NCBI GenBank assembly: GCA_964650515.1
Contig: CAZYUB010000001.1
Location: forward strand, 132,640 to 196,639
Direction: 5' to 3'
DNA from: an uncultured Planctomycetia bacterium
GTDB taxonomy: Bacteria; Omnitrophota; Gorgyraeia; Pluralincolimonadales; Pluralincolimonadaceae
Length of the DNA: 64,000 bases
In this document: piece after piece, positions 38,832 through 47,798 of the stretch
Layout of the letters: each line of letters starts with the position of its first letter
Position numbering within the stretch: position 1 is the stretch's first letter
Program-made: the position numbers and the translations under genes
The notes under the pieces: generated by a model
What the model was told of the DNA's origin: nothing
Seen by the model: the letters and a program-made list of their open reading frames with translations, nothing else
Database searches by the model: none

Positions 38832-39310
38832 AATGCCCTTTCTGCGGCACTATAGAGGATAAGGTCATAGATTCGCGCATATCCGCCGAAGGCGACACGA
38901 TAAGGCGCCGGCGCGAATGCCTCAAATGCCAGAAACGGTTTACCACTTACGAGCGCCTCGAAGAGCACCAGATGATGGTTATCAAGAAGGACGGCCGCCG
39001 CGAGCCGTTCGACAGGAAGAAGCTCCTCTCCGGCATAGTCAAGGCATGCGAGAAGCGGCCGGTCCCGATGGACAAGACAGAAGGCATGGTCGATGAGGTC
39101 GAGCGCCTCATACAGCGCAATTACGAGAAAGAGGTCTCCTCGACGACGATCGGCGAGTTCGTGATGAAACAGCTGCACGACCTCGACGAGGTTGCATACG
39201 TCAGGTTCGCTTCGGTCTACAGGCAGTTCAAGGACATCAACCAGTTCATGAAGGAGTTGTCCGGCCTGCTCAAGGAAGGTCAGAAACCGGACGAGAAGAA
39301 CAGGTATTGA
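38828..39310 (+). CDS. nrdR: transcriptional repressor NrdR
   Basis: MKCPFCG..C.KC zinc ribbon plus ATP-cone. ATGA overlap with the upstream gene. Confidence 0.9.
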   Translation: MKCPFCGTIEDKVIDSRISAEGDTIRRRRECLKCQKRFTTYERLEEHQMMVIKKDGRREPFDRKKLLSGIVKACEKRPVPMDKTEGMVDEVERLIQRNYEKEVSSTTIGEFVMKQLHDLDEVAYVRFASVYRQFKDINQFMKELSGLLKEGQKPDEKNRY

Positions 39311-40161
39311 AAAAAGCGTTATACTGGGAAAATGCGGCCGTTACGGCGGCAGTGCACTGCCGCCTCTGCCCGCATGACTGCAAAATAGCGGATGGCGCGA
39401 CGGGAGTTTGCGGGGTGCGCCAAAATACCGGCGGCGCGCTCTACTCCCTCATATACGGCGAGACGACGTCCGTCGCGCTCGACCCCATAGAGAAGAAACC
39501 CCTCTACCATTACCATCCCGGCGAATATATCCTGTCGCTCGGCACGAAAGGGTGCAATTTCAAGTGCCCGTTCTGCCAGAACTGGGCGATATCACAGGAC
39601 GGCGGCGCCCCGTCCGAGAAGATAACACCCGAATGGGCCGTCGCGAAAGCGAAAGAACTCAGGTCATTCGGCATCGCGTATACGTATAATGAGCCGTTCA
39701 TCTGGTATGAGTTCGTCCTCGATACCGCGAAGCTGGCCAAAAAGGCCGGCCTCGAGAACGTGCTCGTGACAAACGGCTACGTGAACCCCGAACCTCTAAA
39801 GGAGATGCTGCCTTATATCGGCGCGATGAACATAGACCTGAAATCCATCGACGACGGGTTTTACAGGAAATACTGCAGGGGAAGTTTAGAGCCGGTCTTG
39901 CGCACAATAAAAACATCAGCGAAATCATGCCATATAGAAATAACCAACCTTGTCATAACGGGCCTCAACGATACCGACGGGGATTTTAAAAAATTATCCG
40001 ACTGGGTATGCGACAATACCGGGCCGGAGACGCCGCTGCATTTTTCGCGGTATTTCCCGTGCTACCAGATGAAGAACTTGCCGACCGACATCGAGACGCT
40101 TAAACGCGCCGGCGGAATAGCCGGGAAAAGGCTTAAATACGTCCATTTGGGGAATATATGA
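39307..40161 (+). CDS. AmmeMemoRadiSam-system-type radical SAM enzyme (PFL-activase-like)
   Basis: N-terminal [14 protein letters not shown] cluster plus [11 protein letters not shown] (Cx3Cx2C). TTG start overlaps the nrdR stop. Confidence 0.7.
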   Translation: MKKALYWENAAVTAAVHCRLCPHDCKIADGATGVCGVRQNTGGALYSLIYGETTSVALDPIEKKPLYHYHPGEYILSLGTKGCNFKCPFCQNWAISQDGGAPSEKITPEWAVAKAKELRSFGIAYTYNEPFIWYEFVLDTAKLAKKAGLENVLVTNGYVNPEPLKEMLPYIGAMNIDLKSIDDGFYRKYCRGSLEPVLRTIKTSAKSCHIEITNLVITGLNDTDGDFKKLSDWVCDNTGPETPLHFSRYFPCYQMKNLPTDIETLKRAGGIAGKRLKYVHLGNI

Positions 40162-41222
40162 TTTTAGCGCCACAATATTTTAACGGAAAATTTTCTAAAG
40201 CCGCCTTAATATTCGGGATTTTTCTTTGTTCTATGCCGGCCTTATACGCCGACACCATCCGTCTTAAAAGCGGGAAGGCCTTGTTGGGCGAGATCATAGA
40301 CCAGAATAGCGCCTATATTGAATTGAGGATGCCCGCTGGGAAGACGAGGATAAGACTCACCGAGATAGAATCGATCGAAGAGGGGGAATTGCCCCCCGGC
40401 TTCTTTGAGGGAGCGGCTCCCGAAAAAGAGACTGTCACCGAACAAGGCGGACAGGAGAAGATATCCTGCAGCATCTCTTTGAACGCCGAATATTCGGTCG
40501 AGGACGGGAAAGACATCGTGGATATAAACGGTACGACAAACCTTCCCGACGGCGCGCTCATCTATATTTTCCTTAAAAGGCTGGACAGTTTCATCTCATC
40601 ATGCGAGACTTCGGTCAAGAGCGGGCAATTCTCGTTAAAACTCGGGCCATTTGACAAGCGCCTGGTATCAGGCAAGTATTCGGTCGAGGGGGATTTTATT
40701 GCCTATAGACAGACCGAAGAGGTCTTGATGAAAGTAAAGGCCGCTTTTGGCAGCCGGCCCGATGATAACGTGCATGCCGCGATAATCCTCAACATCAATA
40801 AAGGGGAAGATCCGCAGCTGAGCGAGGAGAGGGTGAAAAACGAGATAGTCTCATGGGCAGGCGAATTGACCAGGTTAAAGGAGGACCTGCAGAGAGAGTA
40901 TGTCTCCGGCAAAAAGAATTTCGATTCAGGGCGATGGAACCGCTGGTCTAAGGGGTGGCAATCCAAGCTTAATACGATCGAGGCAAAGATAAATAAGACG
41001 TCGGAAGAGGAGACGCCTTTATTCCCTCGCGCCCAGGAGAACCTTAAGATCGCGGTACAGCTGTTATCGGGCCTTTATAACGCCTACCAGATGGAGTTAA
41101 AGAAGCCGGCGAAATTCGAAAAGATATCAAAAGACCCGGACGCAAGAGCGAATTCCCAGGTCATGAGCAAATGCTTTAAAGAGATGATTGACAGCGCGAT
41201 AAAAGAGGCGGATTTAAATTAA
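40158..41222 (+). CDS. secreted hypothetical protein (low G+C)
   Basis: Signal peptide (cleavage near ALYA/D). No recognisable domains. Confidence 0.55.
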   Translation: MILAPQYFNGKFSKAALIFGIFLCSMPALYADTIRLKSGKALLGEIIDQNSAYIELRMPAGKTRIRLTEIESIEEGELPPGFFEGAAPEKETVTEQGGQEKISCSISLNAEYSVEDGKDIVDINGTTNLPDGALIYIFLKRLDSFISSCETSVKSGQFSLKLGPFDKRLVSGKYSVEGDFIAYRQTEEVLMKVKAAFGSRPDDNVHAAIILNINKGEDPQLSEERVKNEIVSWAGELTRLKEDLQREYVSGKKNFDSGRWNRWSKGWQSKLNTIEAKINKTSEEETPLFPRAQENLKIAVQLLSGLYNAYQMELKKPAKFEKISKDPDARANSQVMSKCFKEMIDSAIKEADLN

Positions 41223-43627
41223 TGTCTAGGAAAGGCATCGCCATGGTCATGGCGCTAGGAGTGCTTTCGCTGCTTGCGCTTATCGGAACGGTCTTTGCCA
41301 TTAACAGCATATTGGAACGGAAGCAGGCCTGGAATTATATCAACAAGGTAAAGGCGAGATATCTGGCGGAAGGCGGCTTAGCAAGGGCCATTGCCGAGCT
41401 GAAATACGGTTCAGAAGGCGTCCGCGCGAACGCAGTCGACACCGCTGCCGAGGTCTGGTATTCGAGCGGTTATAGCGACTCGAGCTTCTTCTCGGGGAGC
41501 GGAAGCTATTCGGTAGCGGTAGTGGATTGCGCCAGCAGGATAAACCTTAACGACCAAAATACTAATTTGCGATTATCGCAAATCCTGCAGAACCTGAACG
41601 CCATCATAGGAGCATCACTCACGGTTGCTGACTGCGACAATATAGCTTTCAACAGGCCTTATTCCGGGAAGGAAGAGGTCAAGATGTACCTGTCAGGGAG
41701 CCAGGCCGAGGTAGACGGCAAGTATGCCGCTATAGAGCCATATATTACCATTTATGGTTTTGTCGATGGCAGTGTCGTAAATCCTATTGACCTGTCGACA
41801 CCCGTATATCCTCTTCAGCCCAGGGCGCCCGTCAATGTCAATACCGCTTCGCAGCAGGTGATCCAGGCGGTGCTTACGGGTTTGCGCTCAAACAAGAATT
41901 GCCCTAACTGCGGGGGAGACGGATATATCAGGGCTGCCTACGGAGGAAACCCCAGTTGCTCAGCATGCAACGGCTCAGGTAATCTCCTTATAGATTCGAC
42001 AGAAGCCCAAGCCCTAGCCCAATATATAGTGGCAAACAGGCCTTATTCCACATGGCGCCAATTTTACGCGTCCATTCAATCATGCCCTTCCATAGGCCCG
42101 AGGGACTCCGACCTGGTCATGGCGAACTCTAACCCCAATACCGGATTCTCGTGGATCAGGCTCGATAGATGGGCTCGTAATTTGGGATATCTGGGAAAGT
42201 ACGTTCTGGATTTCAATTATAACCATAACTGTGACAGCGCCGATCCGGGCCTTGCGATCTCTACGACCGAGTTCAGTTTTGATTCGGGAGGTTATTACGA
42301 GATCAACTCCACAGGCGCAATGCTGGCTTCCCGGCAGGTCATCGGAGCGGTTGCTAAAATCTATGATATTTACAGGGAAACCACGCAAGCGCAGTTTGAG
42401 GCCGGCACTAAAAACTTAGTGGACACATACCCGGAACCTTTTGCGGCAGGAGTGAGCGCGGCGACTTATGACGGCCAAATTATGTTGGCAAAGAAGGCGC
42501 ATACGACGCCAAACAGCCCTTCATACTTCAGGGCCGATTACCGGACTACGGTCAATGCCGATGCCGGAGGAGGAAACCTTGCCCTACTGAACACGGCGAA
42601 TAAACCCAACATCTCAAGCGTCGTGGATTTTTCATCTTCCCTAATGCGGGGAGAATTACAGCCGGACGGAGACCTGATAGATTACTTTGATACCGTCCGC
42701 CCCTATTATTACCCGGTATCTAACATATCCCCCAGCGCCGGTACGATAGAGATATGGTTCAAGCCCAAATATAACAGTTTTGACTCGATGATATACGGGG
42801 ATTCCGACCAGGACAGGAAGATGTTCAGGTTTACCAGCGGTATATCTATCCCGCCCCACACACCCCCGAACGGCCTGCCTTTTGAAACATTTTTTTTCTG
42901 GTCAGATAACGGTTTTCTGTGGGCCGGGCTTATAGGGGGAGGAGGTTATTATAACGGTACCGATTGGTCGCACGTATGGGGATGGCAATGGGGATGGACG
43001 CCAGCCGGAGTAAGCTGGGATGCCGGAAAATGGAATCAATTAGTCGTCTCCTGGAGCAATCCCCCGGACCCTATGGACCCTACCCATTATACTACCTCCC
43101 TTAATCCCATAGTCTTATATATTAACGGCACTAAGAGGGTCACGAGTGTCTATTATTATCATACCCCCTACACCGATTCCACCGCGGATTATGCCATAAT
43201 GCCCGGCTTTGAGTATGGCCAGTGGAATGGCAATCAGATGGAGCTTTCGAATGCCATTATAGGTTCCGTGAGGATTTGGAATTCACAGTTGACCGATAAC
43301 GCCGTTCAGGCGGAATACAACAGCGGCCTCTACGAAGCGAGCGGAGACTTCACCTCTCCGGTTTTTTCCCCCGGAAGTACGGTTGACTGGGGGACGATCA
43401 CCTGGACATCGGACAGTGGCGGCCTGGTCTTCGATGTGGATACGGGAAGCGGCTCCTTTGCTGGTAATTGGGCATCCCCCGGGACCGGCCAGCCCATTAA
43501 CGCCAGCAGCAATTCGATAAAGTACAGGGCGAGCCTTAGGACATCTTCGCCATATACAAACACACCCGTATTGGAAGATGTAACGATCACTTACCTTACA
43601 AGGACGCAGATCTTATATTACAAATAG
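41222..43627 (+). CDS. GspK-like type II secretion/type IV pilus minor pseudopilin homolog with zinc-ribbon insert and C-terminal LamG/concanavalin-like domain
   Basis: N-terminal RKGIAMVMALGVLSLLALIGTVFA. VNVNTASQQV helix-hairpin-helix motif. Zinc-ribbon-like CPNCGGDG...CSACNGSG. C-terminal SVRIWNSQLTDNAVQAEYNSG (LamG-like). Confidence 0.6.
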   Translation: MSRKGIAMVMALGVLSLLALIGTVFAINSILERKQAWNYINKVKARYLAEGGLARAIAELKYGSEGVRANAVDTAAEVWYSSGYSDSSFFSGSGSYSVAVVDCASRINLNDQNTNLRLSQILQNLNAIIGASLTVADCDNIAFNRPYSGKEEVKMYLSGSQAEVDGKYAAIEPYITIYGFVDGSVVNPIDLSTPVYPLQPRAPVNVNTASQQVIQAVLTGLRSNKNCPNCGGDGYIRAAYGGNPSCSACNGSGNLLIDSTEAQALAQYIVANRPYSTWRQFYASIQSCPSIGPRDSDLVMANSNPNTGFSWIRLDRWARNLGYLGKYVLDFNYNHNCDSADPGLAISTTEFSFDSGGYYEINSTGAMLASRQVIGAVAKIYDIYRETTQAQFEAGTKNLVDTYPEPFAAGVSAATYDGQIMLAKKAHTTPNSPSYFRADYRTTVNADAGGGNLALLNTANKPNISSVVDFSSSLMRGELQPDGDLIDYFDTVRPYYYPVSNISPSAGTIEIWFKPKYNSFDSMIYGDSDQDRKMFRFTSGISIPPHTPPNGLPFETFFFWSDNGFLWAGLIGGGGYYNGTDWSHVWGWQWGWTPAGVSWDAGKWNQLVVSWSNPPDPMDPTHYTTSLNPIVLYINGTKRVTSVYYYHTPYTDSTADYAIMPGFEYGQWNGNQMELSNAIIGSVRIWNSQLTDNAVQAEYNSGLYEASGDFTSPVFSPGSTVDWGTITWTSDSGGLVFDVDTGSGSFAGNWASPGTGQPINASSNSIKYRASLRTSSPYTNTPVLEDVTITYLTRTQILYYK

Positions 43628-43761
43628 GATATCTATTGGCCTTGACAACCTCACCCGGCTTCTGATATCCTATATTCCAGAAGACAAAGGCGTCTACCTA
43701 ATATAAGCGACAAAGGGGACGCTTTTTTTGTTTCTATAAAACTATAAAAGGAGCCAGCAAA

Positions 43762-45102
43762 ATGCCCAGCAAGAAGATCGAAGATTTTATGTCCAAGGTC
43801 ATCGCAAGGGACCCCGGCCAGCTCGAATTCCACCAGGCGGTCCAGGAAGTCGTGGAGTCGGTCACCGAGTACGTCGACGACAACCCGAAATACCAGGAAG
43901 AGAAGATACTCGAAAGGATGGTCGAGCCCGAGAGGGTCATCATGTTCAGGGTCCCCTGGACCGATGACAAGGGCAACATCCACATCAACCGCGGTTTCCG
44001 CATCGAGATGAACAGCGCCATCGGCCCGTACAAGGGCGGCCTGCGCTTCCATCCGAGCGTGAACCTCAGCATACTGAAATTCCTCGCGTTCGAGCAGGTA
44101 TTCAAGAACGCGCTGACGACGCTGCCTATGGGCGGCGGCAAGGGCGGTTCGGACTTCGACCCGAAGGGCAAGTCCGACGACGAAGTCATGAGGTTCTGCC
44201 AGAGCTTCATGACGGAACTGCAGAGGCATATAGGGCCCGATACGGACGTCCCTGCGGGCGATATAGGTGTCGGCGGCCGCGAGATAGGTTTTCTCTTCGG
44301 CCAGTATAAGAGATTACGCAACGAGTTTTCCGGCGTGCTGACCGGAAAAGGCCTGAAATGGGGCGGAAGCCTCATTAGGCCGGAAGCGACCGGTTACGGA
44401 TGCGTTTATTTCGTCGAAGAGATGCTAAAGACCAGGGGCGAGAGCCTAAAGGGCAAGGTCTGCGCGGTATCGGGCGCGGGCAACGTAGCCCAGTATACGG
44501 TCGAGAAGCTCATCGAACTTGGCGCCAAGGTCGTGACCCTCTCCGACTCGAACGGGTTCATATACGACGAAGGCGGCATAGACAAGAAGGAGCTCAGTTG
44601 CGTATTGGAGCTCAAGAACGTCCGCCGCGGCAGGATCAAGGATTGCTCGAAAGAGTTCAAGTGCAAGTATTATGATAACCAACGCCCGTGGGGCGTGAAA
44701 TGCGACGTCGCTTTCCCGAGCGCGACGCAGAACGAGATCAGCGGCGAAGACGCAAAGATGCTCGTCAAGAACGGATGCATCGCTGTAGGCGAAGGCGCGA
44801 ACATGCCTACGGCCCCCGAAGGCATAAAGGTGTTCCAGAAGGCGAAGATACTCTACGCCCCCGGAAAGGCCTCAAATGCCGGCGGAGTGGCAACATCAGG
44901 GCTCGAGATGTCGCAAAACAGCATGAGGCTCTCATGGACCCGCAAGGAAGTCGACGAGAGGCTCCACGACATAATGATAGCTATACACGAACAGTGCGTG
45001 AAATACGGCAAGGAAGGCAATTCCGTAAATTACGTGAAAGGCGCGAATATCGCCGGCTTCGTGAAGGTGGCGGATGCGATGATAGACCAGGGCCTGGTCT
45101 GA
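43762..45102 (+). CDS. gdhA: NADP-specific glutamate dehydrogenase
   Basis: GDH motif KGGLRFHPSVN and Rossmann GxGNVA. Confidence 0.95.
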   Translation: MPSKKIEDFMSKVIARDPGQLEFHQAVQEVVESVTEYVDDNPKYQEEKILERMVEPERVIMFRVPWTDDKGNIHINRGFRIEMNSAIGPYKGGLRFHPSVNLSILKFLAFEQVFKNALTTLPMGGGKGGSDFDPKGKSDDEVMRFCQSFMTELQRHIGPDTDVPAGDIGVGGREIGFLFGQYKRLRNEFSGVLTGKGLKWGGSLIRPEATGYGCVYFVEEMLKTRGESLKGKVCAVSGAGNVAQYTVEKLIELGAKVVTLSDSNGFIYDEGGIDKKELSCVLELKNVRRGRIKDCSKEFKCKYYDNQRPWGVKCDVAFPSATQNEISGEDAKMLVKNGCIAVGEGANMPTAPEGIKVFQKAKILYAPGKASNAGGVATSGLEMSQNSMRLSWTRKEVDERLHDIMIAIHEQCVKYGKEGNSVNYVKGANIAGFVKVADAMIDQGLV

Positions 45103-45125
45103 CAGCCGCCGCGTATATGATAAGG

Positions 45126-45161
45126 ACAAGGGCGTCCCAAAGGGCGCCCTTGTTTATTTTT
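45126..45161 (+). terminator. Rho-independent terminator after gdhA
   Basis: ACAAGGGCG-TCCCAAAGG-CGCCCTTGT followed by TTATTTTT. Confidence 0.75.
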
Positions 45162-45175
45162 GAGACGGAGGCCTT

Positions 45176-47758
45176 GTGGCTATAAGCACGGGACTGAAAG
45201 GGCTCGATAAGGTCATTACCGGCCTGAGGATCGGCGATAATGTCGTATGGCAGATCGACGATGTCAGGGATTACCAGCATTTTCTCGCGCCGTTCGTGAA
45301 GAAAGCGCTAGAAGAGAAGAAGAAGGTAATATACATAAGGTTCGCCAACCACAAGCCCCTGCTTGAGCAAATCAAGGGCATCCTTGTATACAAGCTCGAC
45401 GCGTATGAGGGCTTCGAGTCCTTCTCGACGAAACTCAACGGCATAATAAAAGAACACGGCGAAGGCGTATATTACGTCTTCGATTGCCTCTCCGACCTCC
45501 TGCCGGCATGGGCTAACGACCTGATGATAGGCAATTTCTTCAAAATAATGTGCCCGTACCTTTACGAGCTGAACACGATCGCCTATTTCTCTATACTGCG
45601 AAACAAACACTCCTTCAGGACGGTCGCCCGTATACGCGAAATAACCCAGCTGCTGATAGACGTCTACGAATACGAAGGCAGGTATTATGTCCACCCGCTG
45701 AAGGTCTGGAACCGGTATTCGCCGACGATGTTCCTTCCGCACCTGATAAGCCGCGACCGTTTCGTCCCGATAGCCAACAGCGCAGATACCGCGCGGCTCT
45801 TTTCGGACATATTGAAGAAGGGGACGAAGAGCACGCGCAGGAACCTCGATTACTGGGACCGGCTCTTCATGAAGGCAGAGGATCTCGCGTTAAAGGCGGG
45901 CTCGCAGGACGAGAAGAAGGATATGCTGCAGCGCCTCTGCAGGATAATGATCGCGCGGGAGGAAAAACTTCTCGCGCTGTCGGAGAGGAACTTTTCGCTT
46001 GAGGACCTCCTGGCCGCCAAATCGAAGATGATAGGCACGGGTTTCATAGGCGGCAAGGCCGTCGGCATGCTGCTCGCGAGGAGCATCCTCATGAAAGAGC
46101 GTTCGCTCGGCATGGACGGGTATTTCGAGCCGCACGACTCGTTTTACGTCGGTTCCGACGTCTTCTACACGTATATGGTCGAGAACGGATGGTGGAAGCT
46201 CAGGATGGAGCAGAAGACGAAAGACGGTTATTTCACCGTCGCGGAGTCGTTGCGCGAAAAGATGCTCGCGGGTGTGTTCCCCGACGAGATAAAGGAGCAG
46301 TTCCGGCAGCTCATCGAATATTACGGACAGTCCCCGATAATCGTGCGTTCGAGCTCCCTGCTCGAGGACAGTTTCGGCAACGCGTTCGCCGGCAAATACG
46401 AGAGCATCTTCCTCGTGAACCAGGGAACGCCGGAGGAGAGGTACGCGAAGTTCACCGAGGCGGTCAGGCGCGTCTACGCGAGCACGATGAACAAGGACGC
46501 GCTCGCCTACAGGCACCAGCGCGGCCTCGACCTGTCGGACGAGCAGATGGCCCTGTTGGTCCAGAGGGTGTCCGGCGCCTACCATGCGGATTACTTCTTC
46601 CCCGACATGGCCGGCGTCGGCATATCGTACAACACTTTCGTATGGAACAGCCAGATGGACCCGAAGGCGGGCATGCTGCGCATAGTAGTCGGCCTCGGCA
46701 CGCGCGCGGTCAACCGCGTCGAAGGCGATTACCCGAGAATAGCCGCGCTCGATATGCCGCTTGCGAAACCGCAGGCCGGCGCGAAAGATATCCAGAGGTT
46801 CTCGCAGCACGACCTCGACGTGCTTAACATAAAAGAGAACAAGCTCGAGACGGTACCGCTGCGGAAACTGCTCGCGCAGGGCGTGGACGTCAACCTCGAG
46901 TTTTCCGGCGTAAAGGATTATGAGGCCTCCCACAGGATGGAGGAGCTGGGAAGGACCGGCGAAGAATTCTGGGTGCTGACCTTCGACAAGCTTTTTACCG
47001 GAACGCAGTTCGGCGAGATCATGCAGAAGGCGTTGAAGTGCCTTGAGCGCCATTACGGATATCCTCTCGATATAGAATTCACGGTGAATTTCAAGAACAA
47101 CAGGGAATTCCGGATAAACCTCCTGCAATGCCGCCCGCTCCAGGCGAAGGGGCTCGGGACGAGGAAGGTCGAATTCCCGAAGAAGGTAGAGAATGACAAA
47201 GTCCTTCTCATGTCGAAGGGGTCTTTCCTCGGGGGCAACGTCTCGCAGCCGATAAGAAGATTGGTATACATCGACCCGCATAAGTACAGCGCCCTCCCGC
47301 TATCGTCTAAATACGACATCGCGCGGGCCGTCGGGGAGATCAACAGGGCAATAGGCGACAGGGATATGATGCCCGTGTTCCTAGTTGGGCCGGGCAGGTG
47401 GGGCACGACTACGCCGTCGCTCGGCGTGCCGGTATCTTTCTCGGAGATAAATAATATCGCGGTCCTCGGGGAACTCGCGTTCACCGAAGCGGACTATGCG
47501 CCGGAGCTCTCGTTCGGCACGCATTTTTTCCAGGACCTCGTCGAGGCGAACATCTTCTACCTCGCGGTCTTCCCGGACAGCGAGCACACCTTCTTCAACA
47601 GGGGCCTCATAGAGTCGTTCCCGAACTCGTTCAGGGGCATCGCGCCGTCTTTCGGGAAATATGAGGACGTCATAAAAGTGTACGACCCGCCCAAGGACCG
47701 GATGCGGCTTCTGGCCGACATCATCTCACAGGATGTCATGGTATATACCCAAAAATAG
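45176..47758 (+). CDS. PEP/pyruvate-binding (PPDK_N, PEP-synthase ATP-grasp-like) domain protein with degenerate N-terminal KaiC/RecA-like domain
   Basis: N-terminal ISTGLKGLDKV resembles KaiC but lacks the Walker A motif. Central region is PPDK_N-like (PF01326). No phospho-His or PEP-utilizing domains. GTG start. Confidence 0.65.
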   Translation: MAISTGLKGLDKVITGLRIGDNVVWQIDDVRDYQHFLAPFVKKALEEKKKVIYIRFANHKPLLEQIKGILVYKLDAYEGFESFSTKLNGIIKEHGEGVYYVFDCLSDLLPAWANDLMIGNFFKIMCPYLYELNTIAYFSILRNKHSFRTVARIREITQLLIDVYEYEGRYYVHPLKVWNRYSPTMFLPHLISRDRFVPIANSADTARLFSDILKKGTKSTRRNLDYWDRLFMKAEDLALKAGSQDEKKDMLQRLCRIMIAREEKLLALSERNFSLEDLLAAKSKMIGTGFIGGKAVGMLLARSILMKERSLGMDGYFEPHDSFYVGSDVFYTYMVENGWWKLRMEQKTKDGYFTVAESLREKMLAGVFPDEIKEQFRQLIEYYGQSPIIVRSSSLLEDSFGNAFAGKYESIFLVNQGTPEERYAKFTEAVRRVYASTMNKDALAYRHQRGLDLSDEQMALLVQRVSGAYHADYFFPDMAGVGISYNTFVWNSQMDPKAGMLRIVVGLGTRAVNRVEGDYPRIAALDMPLAKPQAGAKDIQRFSQHDLDVLNIKENKLETVPLRKLLAQGVDVNLEFSGVKDYEASHRMEELGRTGEEFWVLTFDKLFTGTQFGEIMQKALKCLERHYGYPLDIEFTVNFKNNREFRINLLQCRPLQAKGLGTRKVEFPKKVENDKVLLMSKGSFLGGNVSQPIRRLVYIDPHKYSALPLSSKYDIARAVGEINRAIGDRDMMPVFLVGPGRWGTTTPSLGVPVSFSEINNIAVLGELAFTEADYAPELSFGTHFFQDLVEANIFYLAVFPDSEHTFFNRGLIESFPNSFRGIAPSFGKYEDVIKVYDPPKDRMRLLADIISQDVMVYTQK

Positions 47759-47787
47759 TCGACAGTATGGGGCTTAACTGGTATAAT
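47759..47787 (+). promoter_or_regulatory. putative promoter TCGACA-17-TATAAT upstream of larA
   Basis: Hexamers read from sequence. 11 nt to ATG 47799. Confidence 0.45.
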
Positions 47788-47798
47788 ATCAGCACGTT

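Noticed and set aside
43640-43761. gdhA promoter (TTGACA at ~43641) and a weak hairpin GCGTC..GACGC + T-run
   Set aside because: The -10 spacing is non-canonical (no good hexamer at 16-18 nt) and the stem is only 5 bp, so the evidence is insufficient to call.
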